Shown in pieces: positions 25,885 to 39,270 of a DNA stretch of 64,000 bases. The stretch covers positions 186,001 through 250,000 of the forward strand of contig QPGO01000051.1 of the NCBI GenBank assembly GCA_008632985.1, given 5' to 3'. Position 1 is the stretch's first letter. Every line of letters begins with the position of its first letter. The stretch comes from Psammoneis japonica. Lineage: Eukaryota. Under the pieces are notes generated by a model. The model ran no database searches, was not told the origin of the DNA, and saw nothing but the letters and a program-made list of their open reading frames with translations. The position numbers were made by a program, and so were the translations under genes.

Positions 25885-28040
25885 ATGGTTGCCGTGACAA
25901 CCATCTGGCTGGACATCTCTCTTCTTATCTAATAAAATTGATGGCAGTTCGTTGATGCTCGTCCTTTAGTTGCGCTACAGCATGAGAAATCTGAATGAGA
26001 AACAACAACGTCGTTTTCTAGTTCGAGACGTGAATGTCCGAGTCGATGGATCTCACGTGGAGGGTATTGTATCGCCAGAGCTTGCTTCCTACACGTTGGA
26101 CTTTTGGCCCGAGTGGAAAAATTCAAGCATCATTACGGGTATCAATTTGAGCTCGCCACAACTCATCACTCTCGCACGTGGTTTGTCACCCGCCTTTTTG
26201 CGAATTGGTGGCAGCAAAGCAGACAGCATTTACTACGTTGCTCCCAATACAACATGTCCTCATAACAAAGACCAACTCTTTCGTTGTTTGACTATGGATC
26301 GATGGATGGAGATTCTAAAGTTTGCCGAGAAGGCTGTGCTCGTGTCGTGTTGTGCTTGGCCTATTCTAGCGGCATTCATCACGACACGACCGAGTGGAGC
26401 CATGGCAACAATGGTGTTTACGAGTTTTTGAATTACACGCGACACTTTGCACCGAGAGGAGTCGTGTACGGCTTTGAGCTCGGAAATGAGCCTTTTCATA
26501 CAACTGACAAGACCAAAAACGCTACAAAATACAAGCTCGCCTATCAAACACTGCGCGAGTACATTTATACACTTTGGAAAGATGCTCCTCTTGACAGACC
26601 GAAAATCATGGGCCCTGCTGCACAAGGCAGTTCCCAGTTTCACAAGGCCATTGTTCATGTTGGCGAATATCTGGATATTGCCACATTTCATATCTATTAT
26701 ATAGGAAGTGGGCACGATGAGCACCTTGCTGGCAAGGCCCTGACACCCTACAAGTATGTCGCAAACCACAATTACAATGAAATTCCTCAGAGACGAGCCA
26801 ACATGCCTCTATAAAAGAACTTTGGTTTGGTGAAGGCGCAATGGCTCACAGCTCTGGTCGAGACGGAGTAACAAATACCTTTTTGAGCAGCTTTTCTTAT
26901 GCGTTTCAACTGGGGCAAATGGCACTCGTCAAGCCTATACCAGTCAAGGTGTTGTGTCGACAAACGCTGATGGGTGGTAATTACGGTTTAATCACGCACG
27001 ACAACACGTTTCAACCCAATCCTGATTATTGGGTTGCGTATCTCTGGACAAAATTTGTAGGAACTGTGGCATTGGAGGTGGAGGGGTCGATTGCTGCATG
27101 CCGGAACGTCTCACTTGCTCATGTCTGCATTTTGTGCCAAGCCTTCGGAATATGCAAGCGCTGGGGACATTGTCGTCGTATTGTCAATATCAATACAAAA
27201 CTCAGCTACAAGATTAAACTCCAAGACATTGAGTTTGATCAATATTCAGAATTTTCAATGGAGGTGACTAAGGGAGAAACGACGCTTGCGACGAAAAAGG
27301 TATCAATCAATCAACGAGCACTCGACATGGACATTGTGACGGGCAAGGTTCCGCTCCATCCAACTCAAAAATCAAAGAATGAGCGAATCCTTGCGCCCAA
27401 AATGTCCATCACGTTTGTCGTGTTACACAATGTGACAAATGCGCCGGCATGTACAAATGATGCCGTGAGTAAGGATAGCAAGGAAGAATCAAAACATGAC
27501 TCCAAACCCGCAATCCCAAAAGACAAGAAATCTACATCACATCCAACGATCGCTCCAACTGTCATTCATTCTGCAAGACCATCCGCAGAGACGAATAAGC
27601 CATCGTCTCACTCCAGAAACCATCCAACGATTTCTACGAGTCTACCGACCATCACGGTTGTAGAGGAATCATCACAGTCTCCCAGCGTTGCTGTGACAAC
27701 AGACGAACCGACATTACAGTCGCCGTCTCCGAGTATCCCTGAAACCACCACGCCATCGATCAAGCCTAGCTTCGGTACCGACATGCCCACCATTCTACCC
27801 ATTGAATCAAGTAAGCCATCCGCAATCACGACATTTTCCCCGACAATGATGCCATCATTTTCCAATGAGGCGGTGGCCACGACCACCCACAATTCACCGC
27901 TTTTTTTGTTTCTGTCCCTTGGTTTGGTCCTTATTGCGGGTCTAGTGTGTCGCAAATGCTTTCGGTCATCTTTTCCAAAGAACTCACGTGATGAATATGA
28001 TGCAATCCCAATGAATGAAATGGTTACCCTTTCCCGATGA
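25885..28040 (+). CDS. Heparanase-like glycoside hydrolase family 79 with a Ser/Thr/Pro stalk, C-terminal TM helix and short cytoplasmic tail; frameshifts; 5' end uncertain
   Basis: LARGLSPAFLRIGGSKAD, acid/base GFELGNEP, nucleophile region LWFGEG-AMAHSSGRDGVTNTFLSSF, RQTLMGGNYGL, PNPDYW; TM LFLFLSLGLVLIAGLVC. Confidence 0.87.
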
Positions 28041-28584
28041 CTGCCACAAAATGTGACGGCTCTCGCATCTACAGTACTGTATCACGCACCCCTTCGACCG
28101 ACCTTCGGGTCACAGGTTGGTTGATAATGTCGTAGTCTTGGTTATCCACCAGTTGCATTTATGCCTTTTGGAATGTGTCCCAAAATTCATAACTATGCCA
28201 GCTGCAAGGCATTAATGTAAAATTGCCCATATATTGTCTATGATTATACGCGAGTATTTAGTCTGAAGATAGAGGTGAGTGCCCTTACTTCTGAGAGTTA
28301 TTGCCTTTGGTACTATTTTACGTAGAAATGACAAAATTTCATTTTTCCCGCGTATTTCTTCATTGACGTCAGTCACGAGTGCTCGCTCTCAATGTCGTCA
28401 GCCCTCACGATTGTGTAGAATTCTACGCGTGACCCTACTACTGAAAATCTTCCCGCCCTTTTTTTGCTGTGACCCCTCGCTCGCTCAAGACTCAAAAATC
28501 GGTGCGACAAAGAGCAAGAAGAAACGAAAGGTGACAGAAACTCTCCAGAGACAAACAACAGCGATTCCATTTGAACTATACAGC

Positions 28585-30944
28585 ATGTTGGAAAGTAGTC
28601 TTCCTATTGCTACACGCCATGGTGTTTATAAGAAGAAGCATCATTTGCGAGCGCTCTTTCGATCGATTGCGTTTGTCGGACTGATTGGAGGATATTTTCT
28701 GTACAATGGCCTCGTAGAATCCCCTACAAATTCTACGCAGCTCCGGAGGCAACTCAGCAGCACTCGTGAATCATTCTTGGTCAACGCCGTGACTACTAGT
28801 AATACAGAAGAACAAATACCGCTGCTTCTGCAAGAGACACAAACGTCATCAAACACACATACAGACACTGTGCAAGATACTACTGAGCATATCAGCAGCA
28901 GCAGCAACTCGGGAGTTCGTCGAAAACTAGTTCAGCTCTGTTCCGAAATCGAAAAGGCCGATCCGCGATGGTTTCTGTTGTTTTATATTATTGGAGTGCT
29001 CTACATGTTTCTGGGCCTGGCTATTGTCTGCGATGAGTTCTTTGTTCCGGCACTCGAAGAGATGAGTGGAGAACGACGCTTAAATCTTAGTATGGATGTG
29101 GCTGGTGCCACCCTCATGGCGGCTGGCGGGTCGGCACCCGAGCTCTTTACGAGTTTGATTGGTACTTTTCAAGAAAGTGAAGTGGGAATTGGTACTATCG
29201 TCGGAAGTGCCGTATTCAATGTTCTCTTTGTGATTGCCATGTGTTCCATGCTGGCCAAAGAGGTATTGACTCTGACGTGGTGGCCGCTCTTTCGAGACAG
29301 TGTGTACTATGCCATTGGACTCTTGGTGCTGGCCATGTTTATCGGAGTGGTTTCTCCCGATCAAATTTTCTTGTGGGAAGCAATTGTGTTGTTTGGAATG
29401 TACCTTGGATACATTTTAATCATGGCATACAACCGAGACATCTACATGTATCTCACTGGGAATGAGCTTGTGTATCCCGGTGAAGAGGACGAAGAAAGTA
29501 AGGAGGATGGCTTTGTAGAAGAAGGAGCAGACGGGGAACGGCCCAAGAATGGTGCAGTGGGCGCCGACGGACATCGGCAAATGGCTCCGCATTTTCGTTG
29601 GCAAGGAACCTTTCGTGCCGGTATTCTCAAGCTGCTGCGTGATCCAGAGGACTGGGTCGATGCTGGTGGAGTCGGCATTGTGGCCAAGATATCCGGTGAT
29701 GTCGATCAAGTTTTCAAGGAGGTGGACTTGAATGGTGACGGCAATATTGACCGTGAAGAACTAGGTATTCTCTTTCGAAAAATGGAAATCGACATCAGCG
29801 AAGAAGAGTTGGATAAAGTCTTTGTCGAACTTGACACCAACAAGAATGGAGTGGTAAGACTGCTCTGCTAGGATTGGTTGCTTTGTCGAGTACAGCAAGT
29901 TGCTCAACCATTTTCTCTGTCTCTTTTTCTATAGATATGCGAAAAAGAATTCGAGACTTGGTATATTGCTTCGGAGGAGCGCATCCTTTCGCAGGTCAGG
30001 CATGTCTTTGATCGCTTTGATACGGATCATTCCGGTACAATTGACAAGGACGAATTAAAGGATCTTCTGCACGATCTAGATTCACGTGTAACAGACGAAG
30101 ACATTGCAGAGGCAATGGAAGTCATGTACAAGCATGGTGACCCCAACGAGATTACCTATGATGAATTTGAAGAATGGTACAAGTCCACGCTTTTGTACGA
30201 ACGACGAAAGAACGAAGTAGAAGAAGAACTCGAGGGTGTTTGGGAGAGTCTCAAGCCGCCCAAGAAGCCTGGCATTTGGAGATGGACTAAATATTTGATT
30301 GTGCTTCCCCTCGTGGCTGTCATGACCTTGACGATCCCCGACGTGCGACGACCAGGAGTCGAGAAGTGGTGTTATGTTGCTTTCATCACTTCCATTCTCC
30401 ACATTGGTGGCTACTCCTATCTCATGGTTGAGTGGGTTGAAGTTATTGGCAACACGCTTGGTATCCCTTCAGTCGTCATGGGATATACAGTTTTGGCCGC
30501 TGGAACGTCGGTTCCGGACTTGCTTTCTAGTGTCATTGTGGCTAGAAGAGGAAATGGTGACATGGCGGTCTCGAGCAGTATCGGAAGTAATATTTTCGAT
30601 ATTCTGGTTGGTCTTCCGATCCCATGGATTCTGTACACGGCGTGGCCAACAACGGCGAAAACAGTAGTGGTAAGTGAAACGGGCAAGTCTGCGTCAATGT
30701 AGTGTCTGTCGCCGTCTCTTACAATTTGTTGTTGGTCGTTCTCTTGATGTAGATTGGATCGGAAAACATCTGGATCAATATTATGGTTTTGATGGGAATG
30801 TTGGTCTTTGTTATTATTGCGGTTCATTTTCAAGGATGGAAACTGACAAAGGCGTTGGGATTTATGATGCTTTTGTTCTATATTGGATTTTTGACAATGG
30901 CAATTCTACTCGAGATCCCGTTCGAAACATGTGTGAAAGGCTGA
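28585..30944 (+). CDS. K+-dependent Na+/Ca2+ exchanger (NCKX/SLC24-like) with EF-hands in the central loop; introns about 29854-29934 and 30670-30752
   Basis: Alpha-1 repeat VCDEFFVPAL...DVAGATLMAAGGSAPELFTS...GTIVGSAVFN; alpha-2 repeat LAAGTSVPD...GDMAVSSSIGSNIFDIL; EF loops DLNGDGNIDREEL and DTDHSGTIDKDEL. Confidence 0.93.
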
Positions 30945-31034
30945 CAAGAACTCATCATGAGGGGGGTTCGATCGCAGTCATTATATTCATGGATACACGA
31001 GTGTTATAAACATCAGCTGAATTTGTATTAAGAA

Positions 31035-33854
31035 TTAGGTCGTAGTTTGCTGCGAAAGCCGTTGCGTTTCCGCAGCATCCTCGTGAACTTTATCGTCTGC
31101 GTCTCGCAAATGCTTCAAGACGTTTCGCAGTATCGTCATTCCATGAGCTGGGCTAGTAAGAATCGATTCGGGGTGAAACTGCACGGCAGCAAATGGACGA
31201 TCCACATGTTGTATTCCCATTACTATGCCGTCCTCGCTTGTTGCAGTTACTTCCAGGCACGGAGGGAGCTTCTCTTTGATGCCATACAATGAATGATACC
31301 TTGCCACCTCAAATGTGTCCGGCAAGCCTGCAAAGATGCTGTAAAACAAGCAAATTTTAATGGTAGCAATAGAAAAAAGTTAGCATTGGGAGCCAGTGAA
31401 TCACAATTCCGTGACGTGATATTATCTTACCTGCTTCCTTCCTGTCCTTTGGCTGTCAACGTGACAGGCGACGGTTTCCCATGCATTGGGTAGCCCAAAA
31501 CCCCAAGCTTTCCCCCAAAATGCTCTACCATGCCCTGAAGTCCAAGACAAACGCCAAAGGCCGGGATGCGGTGTCTTTCCAACAAGCCAATCGTCTTGGA
31601 AAGAGCGAAGTCGGTAGGATTGCCTGGACCGGGGGAGAGAACAACGAGGTCTGGTTTGTTTCCGTTTTCAACCATTTTATCAATGGTTGCTAACGCGGTT
31701 GGGCCACTTCGTAGAGTTCGAACTGTAGCTCCTGTTTGGCGCAGATAATTACCAAGAGTGTGCACAAAAGAATCTTCATGGTCAATCAAAATAATATTCT
31801 TGCCAGCTCCAACTGGTTCTTCGACAGTCTCGGCTTCACGTTCAGCTCGGTCTTCCAAAACTTGGTCCTCAGGACCTTCTTGCACAATGGCATCAATCAT
31901 GGCGGAGGCTTTGAGTTCTGTTTCTAATTCTTCGGCAGGTGGACTGGAATCATAAAGCAAGGTAGCTCCTGCTCGGACTTCGGCAAAGCCATCCTTTACC
32001 CGCACAGTTCGAAGTGTAAGACCGGTGTTCATGCTACCATTGAAGCCAACCATCCCCACGGCACCACCATACCAACAGCGTGGAGACCGCTCGTTGTCTT
32101 CCACAAATTGAATGGCCCAAGTCTTTGGTGCACCCGTCACCGTAACAGCCCAAGTGTGGCAAAGAAACGCATCGAGTGCGTCAAATTCGGGTCTCAAATA
32201 ACCTTCAACATGATCCACGGTATGGATAAGACGAGAATACATTTCGATTTGCCTCCGCCCAATCACTTTGACAGATCCTGGCTCACAAATACGGGATTTG
32301 TCGTTTCGATCGACATCGGTACACATTGTTAGCTCTGATTCTTCCTTGGCATTCATAATGAGTGATTTGACCCGATGTGCATCCTCCAAGGCATCGGCGC
32401 CGCGGGCGACAGTTCCAGAAATGGGGCAAGTTTCAACTCGGATCGCATCGGGACGATAGTCATTCTCGGCGATGCTCTCACACCGAACAAACATTTCCGG
32501 ACTCGCACCAACCAAGTACTCAGATTCGCCCAGATTGATAAAGAATCCATATGGAGCTGGGTTTCGGTTTCGCAATCTACGAAATAGGACAGATGGAGGA
32601 GTTTTTTCCGTTAGCTTTTCGCGAAAGGTCTGGCTTAGAACGGCTTCAAACAAGTTTCCGACAGCAAATTCACGTTTGGCACGTTCGACGGATGATGCGA
32701 ACTCGGATGGCGGCGTATCACGGTCAGAAAAGGCTGTTGTGGTTTCGTCAAATGGTACAAAATCTTCTGTGCTGCCCGTTCTTTCCATGCCCTGAGTTGA
32801 TTTCTGGTTTACGCAAAAGTCATAATCCACTGTCCAAGCATCACGTTTATCTTGATCGACCACAAGAATCTGGTCTGGAAGGTACAACAGCAAATCCCTT
32901 TGCTCCTCGTCGCGTTCTTGTTTCAATTCGATTGGTTCAAACTGAAATGTCAAGTCGTATCCAAAAGATCCATAGAGCCCAAGTTGCCCGTCACCACCTT
33001 GAAAGCCAAACAAATCTATAAGAGACCGTACAATCGAAAAGAGAGACGGCTGTTGCATTCAAATTATGAAAGAGGGTTAAGCTACAGAATCTTTGTGTTC
33101 AATAATTAGCACACAGTACATTTTCTCGTACCTGTCTGGACCGTTCCTCTTCGCTAAAGGTTCCAACTTCTGGTGGTGGGACAACTTTCACATCAATGCG
33201 AGCTATGCCACTTCCTTCCCCATCCTCGTGCTCTGTAACGATCGACTCCAACACGCCTTCATCTATAAGCTGTTCCATAGCTTGGAGCATAGCAGGCATT
33301 AGCACGGTACCTCGGTCATTCAATGCGCGTATGGTACATTCACTTCCCTTTCCCGAGACTTCAAGTGGAGGATCCACAAATCCCAACGACCAGCGTGCAT
33401 ATCGTCCAGGAAACTCATATGATGATGTCAACAAAACACCACGATGACTATCCAACTTGGTGATCAAATCTTCAATACGACGGGATGAAGTGTCTCGCTT
33501 GACAGAAGAGGAAAACTCCACTCCTTCCACATGAGCCGTGACCTGAATTCCACCTTTTGTAAGAAAATGACCACCACGAGGACGTGACGGCGGGGCGCCA
33601 AGGCTCAAACCTTGCTCTAGGGCTTGCTGCGATGCTGTAGCAACTCCAGCTCCTCCGGTTTTCGCCACGGGAACGCCATTGAAATCGGGCACTATTTCTT
33701 CTTTAGAAGACATTCTCAAGGCCTCCAATCTCTGAGAAAGTATTGCTGGCCGTTTGATGCCAAACAGAGAAGTAAAGCCGCCAGTCGTATGACACATGGA
33801 GACGCACATCACGACGAGAAGTGCGACTCTTCTAAAAAATGTGGCGCAAAACAT
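31035..33854 (-). CDS. trpE: Anthranilate synthase, fused TrpE-TrpG type, with plastid-type presequence; two introns
   Basis: LLTSSYEFPGRYARW, LYGSFGYDL, LVGASPEMFVR, PISGTVARG, ELTMCTDVDRNDK, TGAPK, RAGATLL. GATase motifs IDHEDSFVHTL, LSPGPG, GVCLGLQ, ARYHSL, VQFHPES. Confidence 0.93.
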
Positions 33855-34434
33855 GCTATTGTGCTTTTTGCTTTCACTCAACTCGAACAATTAGCAGATT
33901 CCTAATTTCAGGAAATCACGGCTACTCTCTGATGCGTTAGGGCCTTTGCTATTTCGTAGCAACGAAGTTATGGGCGGTGCCTGTTGTCGATCGATCGTTG
34001 TTCTTCAACATCCAACAATCATCCGCGGCAACATAAGATAGATGAGACGAACGAACAGCGAACGCGCGGTGGCGGCAGTTGTGGTGCGACGGCGGGACGG
34101 CGCATGCGTAAGCGACTTTACTTAATAAACGGACTGGAAAGCAAGGGTACTAGCTCTCTAGAGTGTAGAGAGTAGATCGACACAAGTTCTCTCTAGAGTA
34201 GTAGGAGTAGGAGTAGTAGGCCCTCTTACCTAGCTAGTAGGCACGCACCATCTTTCTCGAGCTGTTAGAGCTCTCTACTACTCGTAGTAGTAGTGTGTGT
34301 TAGGCAAGACTAGAGTGAAGTCTTATTAGTGCTACATGTGTGCCGTACATTTGTAAACCCCATCGCAGCAGAATCCTTCTCAATCTCTTCAGTAGAAACT
34401 AACTTAGCATCGTACAGTAAGAAACCGACTGTAG

Positions 34435-36263
34435 TTAATATATTGTGAAACATGTCAGTCCCATGACACCCATTCCTGTGTCACGCAAATTGGTTGCCAC
34501 TCCATTGCTCGTATCAATGGTGATAATACTTCCTCCCTTTATCAGAGCGTATTTTGAAACACCTGCATATAATCTTCCGTCAGGACCAAACTCAAGACTG
34601 CTTATCAGTGTCAGCGGATTCTTTGCGCGGTCCATGATGCTGGCTTTAAAAGTTGCAGCACCAGTATCCATGTCGATAGTGATCAACTCTGCATTGGCAT
34701 TGGGGCTGTTAGTGACGCCCCACATTATACCACTCTTCTTGTCGTAAGCTAGCCCTGATATTCTTCCAAAGCCGGTAGAGCCGATGTTTTTGAATTCGCC
34801 AGAGGTGGTGTTGACAATCACCAAGCTAGACGCAGGAGGGGGCGCGGATATACCTGCAACAAGAAGACTCTCGTCGATTTCAGGGACAAATGCTCCGTAC
34901 AGTATCCCATCAACAGACTCCATTCCTCCTATATCACCCTTGTCATGTTCAATAAACGACTTTGGCTTCCCGCTAGAGGGATTCAATCTAAACAATTTGG
35001 GATCATCTTCACATCTTTCACTCCACAAGACGTCATTCTCGCTATCGAATTCTAGTTCTTGTGAACATTGTGGAAAGGGTAAAATCTCACCAAGCAGTTG
35101 TGTGCGACCATCAGCAGGATCAACCATGAAGAGCTCTCGCTGATTTGTTGCGAGAAAGCGGTTGCCGCATGCATTCTCGATCTCGTACTCTTGTGTAGCG
35201 CTTACGCACTTCATCACTCGAGCAGTGGCATCGGGATTATTGAGTATCTTTCTGATATTTCTTGCCATGCAACGTTTGAAAAAGCGCCGCCTCTCTTTCC
35301 TTGCATCTCCACCATTCTTGCTTCTTCTCATACAATTGCGTAGAAATAACAGCATCTCGTCATTCAAGGAACAACCAAATTCATTGGCCATCACGTCCCT
35401 GACTCCTGTGTCACAAGAAAGAACCTTTATATTGGACTTCAAGTTTGTCAAAGGGCAGCGATCACACGCCTCGCCAACGCCATCATTATCCGAGTCTTTG
35501 GAATGTACTTTGACTTTGTACTTTGCATTATCTATGGCATTGTCTTTGTTCTGATATATTTGCAACGTGTAAATCCCGGAAAATGGAACGGGCTTGACTA
35601 CAAACTTGGGGTCCAAATTGGGACTATCCACACCGTTTGCCTGGCACTTCCTGGGAATATCGTTATCGTTGTTCCCCCACGCCACCAACTGCAGTTGTCC
35701 AAAGTTTCCTTTACCAAAGAATAAAGTCGCAACGGGATCCATCCCGCAAGTCATGCGCTTGACTTCAATCTCCACCCGCGTGCCCGCTTGAAGCCAAACT
35801 CTATAATAGTGAAAGTCGTTGTAGTATCGCAACTTGCCAGCCGTGGGGCTACTGTCGCATGCTGTTATTGTACCTTTATAGCGAACACTCATGAAGGTAT
35901 TCTAAAGTGAAAAGTAATTACATTTGAGAACGATATTCGGGTCAAATCGAAAGAGTAGTTATTTGACACCTACCTCTCCTTCGCCAATCGGTAATATGCC
36001 GCCACCAGGAGGAGCTATTGCGCCACCAGGAGGTATCAATGCTGCTCCATCTGGAGAAGGGAAAACTGGGTATTGTTCTTCTTCTTCGTCATCATTGATC
36101 CTTCTCGAAACACTAGCATCCGCGGAACCTGTGGCGAAAAGGAGACACGCAAAGTTAGATCTCGTCAGTAGTCAGTCATTCCGCTTCATCGCACCATAGA
36201 AGACTTACAACAATTCAGAGCCCAGAGGCAAAGGAACGTGATCAAACCATAGGTACGATTCAT
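34435..36263 (-). CDS. Secreted multidomain protein: PPC-like beta-sandwich, Ca-binding DxDxDG/Cys module and C-terminal beta-propeller; two 5' introns
   Basis: Exon 1 MNRTYGLITFLCLWALNC (GTAAGT donor) splices via a short exon (CSADASVSRR...GEGE) to ORF 35892-34435. DPVATLF and SGIYTL are PPC-like; DSDNDGVGEACDRCP; repeated LxxxDxxxG and GLAYD/SLEFGPDGRLY blades. Confidence 0.7.
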
Positions 36264-37559
36264 CCTCACATTAACGTGAAGCATTTGACGTTGTACTTTA
36301 TCGGTATCCACTTCTTGGCCTCCGTCGTTTCTGCTCGACAGTGCGTTTTGTGGCGCGAAATGCCAGTGGTCATTCATCATTTGGGTGGGGCTTAAATATT
36401 TAATACCGGTCATTCACGAATGTGTCTCAAGAACTCAAACAAATCATCAAGTCTATATGTTATAATAGTACTTACAGCGTGAAATATTATGGAAATAAAT
36501 GACTTTTGGACATTTGAAAACTGGTACTGACACATTGTGGACTGGACAAAATGGTTTTCGAACACTGCCACATCTCATGTTGTACAGTACAGTCAATCAA
36601 GTGTGCGCACCATTCCTCAAAACACCACACACCATGAGAATCGGAACGGCTTTTTCAACTGTTGCCAATCCTTTCAACAATGCCGACACCACCTGCCAGT
36701 CTTTGCCATCACATGAAAGCAATGTGTGTTGCTTGCATGGGGGCAATCGACCACCAACTGCGACATGAAAAAAGAGCTCCCCAGATGACCCCTCACTTGT
36801 TTTTGCTCTTTGTCATGCCTCAGTTGCACCACGGTTTTGCTTTGTTGTCTCACTCATTTTTTGATGTGATCCTCCTTGTCACTCCTGCACAGAGGCTTTT
36901 GAGCCAGTTGACACCCCGGTGAGAGAGGACAAAAATGACGACACTGCTTGCGGCTTTCCGCGCGCATCTGCTGGGATGATGTTCCGCGCTCTTCTCTTTG
37001 TCACACCACAATGACACTGTCACAAGACCAACACACCACAATCATTGTGAATGATCATCCATCTGCTGGGCTGAAATGCTTTTGCCACAAACACTTTTTT
37101 GATTGTTGTGGGATGCATGTGATTTGATGTTGCACTTTGGTGCTGGCACTCCTCTTGACAACTTTGTTCGGCATGTGTGAGTGCCCGGCTTGTCAAGACA
37201 TGCACAAACTCTTGTTTTCATTGTGATGGAGCTGCTGGCTTGTCAACTCATGCTGGCACCTGCTGAACAAAGAAAAGATTGCTGAAAAGAATTTTGGTTT
37301 TGTTTTGATCATCTCTGAAATGAGCACTGCAGAGACAAGTGCTGTTTTTGCCATTGATTGTTTTTGAATTGTGACCTTGTCATTGGAAAAAAGCCAGAAG
37401 GTGCACATTGATTTTGGGCTGATGGGTCACTGCGCACATTCACACAAAGCAACCATGATTTTGAAATGCCCACCCAAGTCCATTGGCTGTGCACCCAGTG
37501 CACAAAGCAGACTGCCAGACTGCCTGCATGCAAACACAAAGTGCAAACACCAACCAGGT

Positions 37560-39270
37560 GCAACAAACGTGCAGCATGGTGATGCAACCTGGGCGGTGAG
37601 CTCTGAGTGTTTGATCCAGGCAGGGCTTGACAAGTGAGGGTGTTTGACCAACCTGTCAAGTAAGAGCAACAAACATCTTTTGCATCTTTTTCAAACACAT
37701 CAGTTTTTCATGGTCTCTCTGTGCTGTGCTCATGCACTGAAGCTCAGTGCACTTCCCAAATCAATTTTCAGAAAACAATTTTGCCATGTCATTTGCACAT
37801 GGGGCCACCAAGGCGGACCAGCTACTCACCCCTTGTTTGTGGCGCATGAAGGCTTTTTTTGCCATGGGTGCCCGTGAGATGCTGTGTGCACTCTTTTCAC
37901 AGTTGATTTACAAGGTGAAGATTGGCCAAGGACTGGCCACCACATTGCTTCTGTTTTGCAGCCAAGTCTTGCTCCTGAAATGTGAAACACCTTTGCTGTG
38001 AATTGTGTGGCTCCATGGCTGCAAAATGTCAACAATTTGAGCACAGCTGCCCTTGATGTTGTTTGCCAAAACCATGATCATGTGTCACACAAAACAACAG
38101 ACCCAAGCCATTGGTCATGTTTCTTGTCTTGTTTTTTGGTTTTGTGGCACTGCTGTTCTTGTGTGCTTTTTTTGCAAACTCAAGCCATTTGCAAGAGGCA
38201 GCTCACTCAATTGTGTCTCTGCACACCATCAAGTGTCAGAGAGCAGTGGGAGCTGCTTTGACAATGATGCACCAGATGAGGTGCCTTCCCACATCAGATG
38301 TGGCAATTGTGCATTTTCCTCATGCCATTGTTGCAACAAGAAAAAGTGGTTTGGGGTGTGCAATGCTGTGGAAAGACATGAGGAAGAACAAAGCATCAGC
38401 CAAAGAAGGCACATGTGTTGTCATGTTGCACATGCAGTGCAACAAAGTAAAAAAATGTCTGCCATGTCACAGCTGGTTCAACAGACCCCTGGTCAGGAGC
38501 AATCATTTGTTGTTCTGTCATGAAGCTTGCTTGCAGTGCCAGCTTTCTGACTCCTGCATTCTCAAAGCAAGGGTGGATGACATGTTGAAGGTGGCTGTTC
38601 TGTGATTTGTGGTTTCTGCTGCTTGCTGTGTGATTGTTTGCCACAATCCATGATGGGGTGATGTCTCGCCACAGTTCACAAAGTGTTTGACCAGAACTTT
38701 CAAAGACAAGACACAAGCCCGCGAGATTTGTTTGTCCAGAGCATGCAAAGCACAACCACTTGTCCCTGATCCAAGAGGACCTCATCAATGACCTTGTTTG
38801 TGTGAAGCTCATGCAGAGCAGCAGAGTGGCATTGCAGTTGCAAATGAGTGCCCAGAAAGTTGCAGCGGCAGCAGAAAGAAGAGGGTGGAGCTTGCATCTC
38901 TGCTGCAGGTGCAGCCATTTGCAAGAGGAGCCAGTGTGAGTTGCTTCTCTGGAGAGGAGGCAAAAAAGTGTGTGTGTGCCTTGTGGGGTGCAGAAATGGT
39001 GGAGAGAGCAGAGGCAGGGCAGCAGCACAACTGTCTGAGATGGCTGGTGGCAAAAACAGCACACCGCCATCTGTGCGTGGGGCTGCAGCAGTCTGTGTGT
39101 TCACACTAGACTCTGCCAACATGCACAGAGCACAAAAAGCACAGGCATGATGAAAGATGATCTCAAAAAGACTCAAACAGATTGTTTGCAAACTGGGGAA
39201 ACCTGCTGCTCTCACAAGATCATTCTTGTTGGCTGGGGCTCAAACAAAGCCAGGGGTGGCCAAGCAGAGG
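37560..39270 (+). repeat. Diverged direct repeat, copy 1 (about 1.7 kb)
   Basis: Shares blocks such as cccaaatcaattttcagaaaacaattttgccatgtcattt and aagaaaaagtggtttggg with 42120-43820. Confidence 0.85.

Noticed and set aside
28100..28111. GACC-TTCG-GGTC tetraloop hairpin downstream of GH79 as a terminator or ncRNA
   Set aside because: Only a 4-bp stem, which is expected by chance; intrinsic terminators are not relevant to Pol II genes
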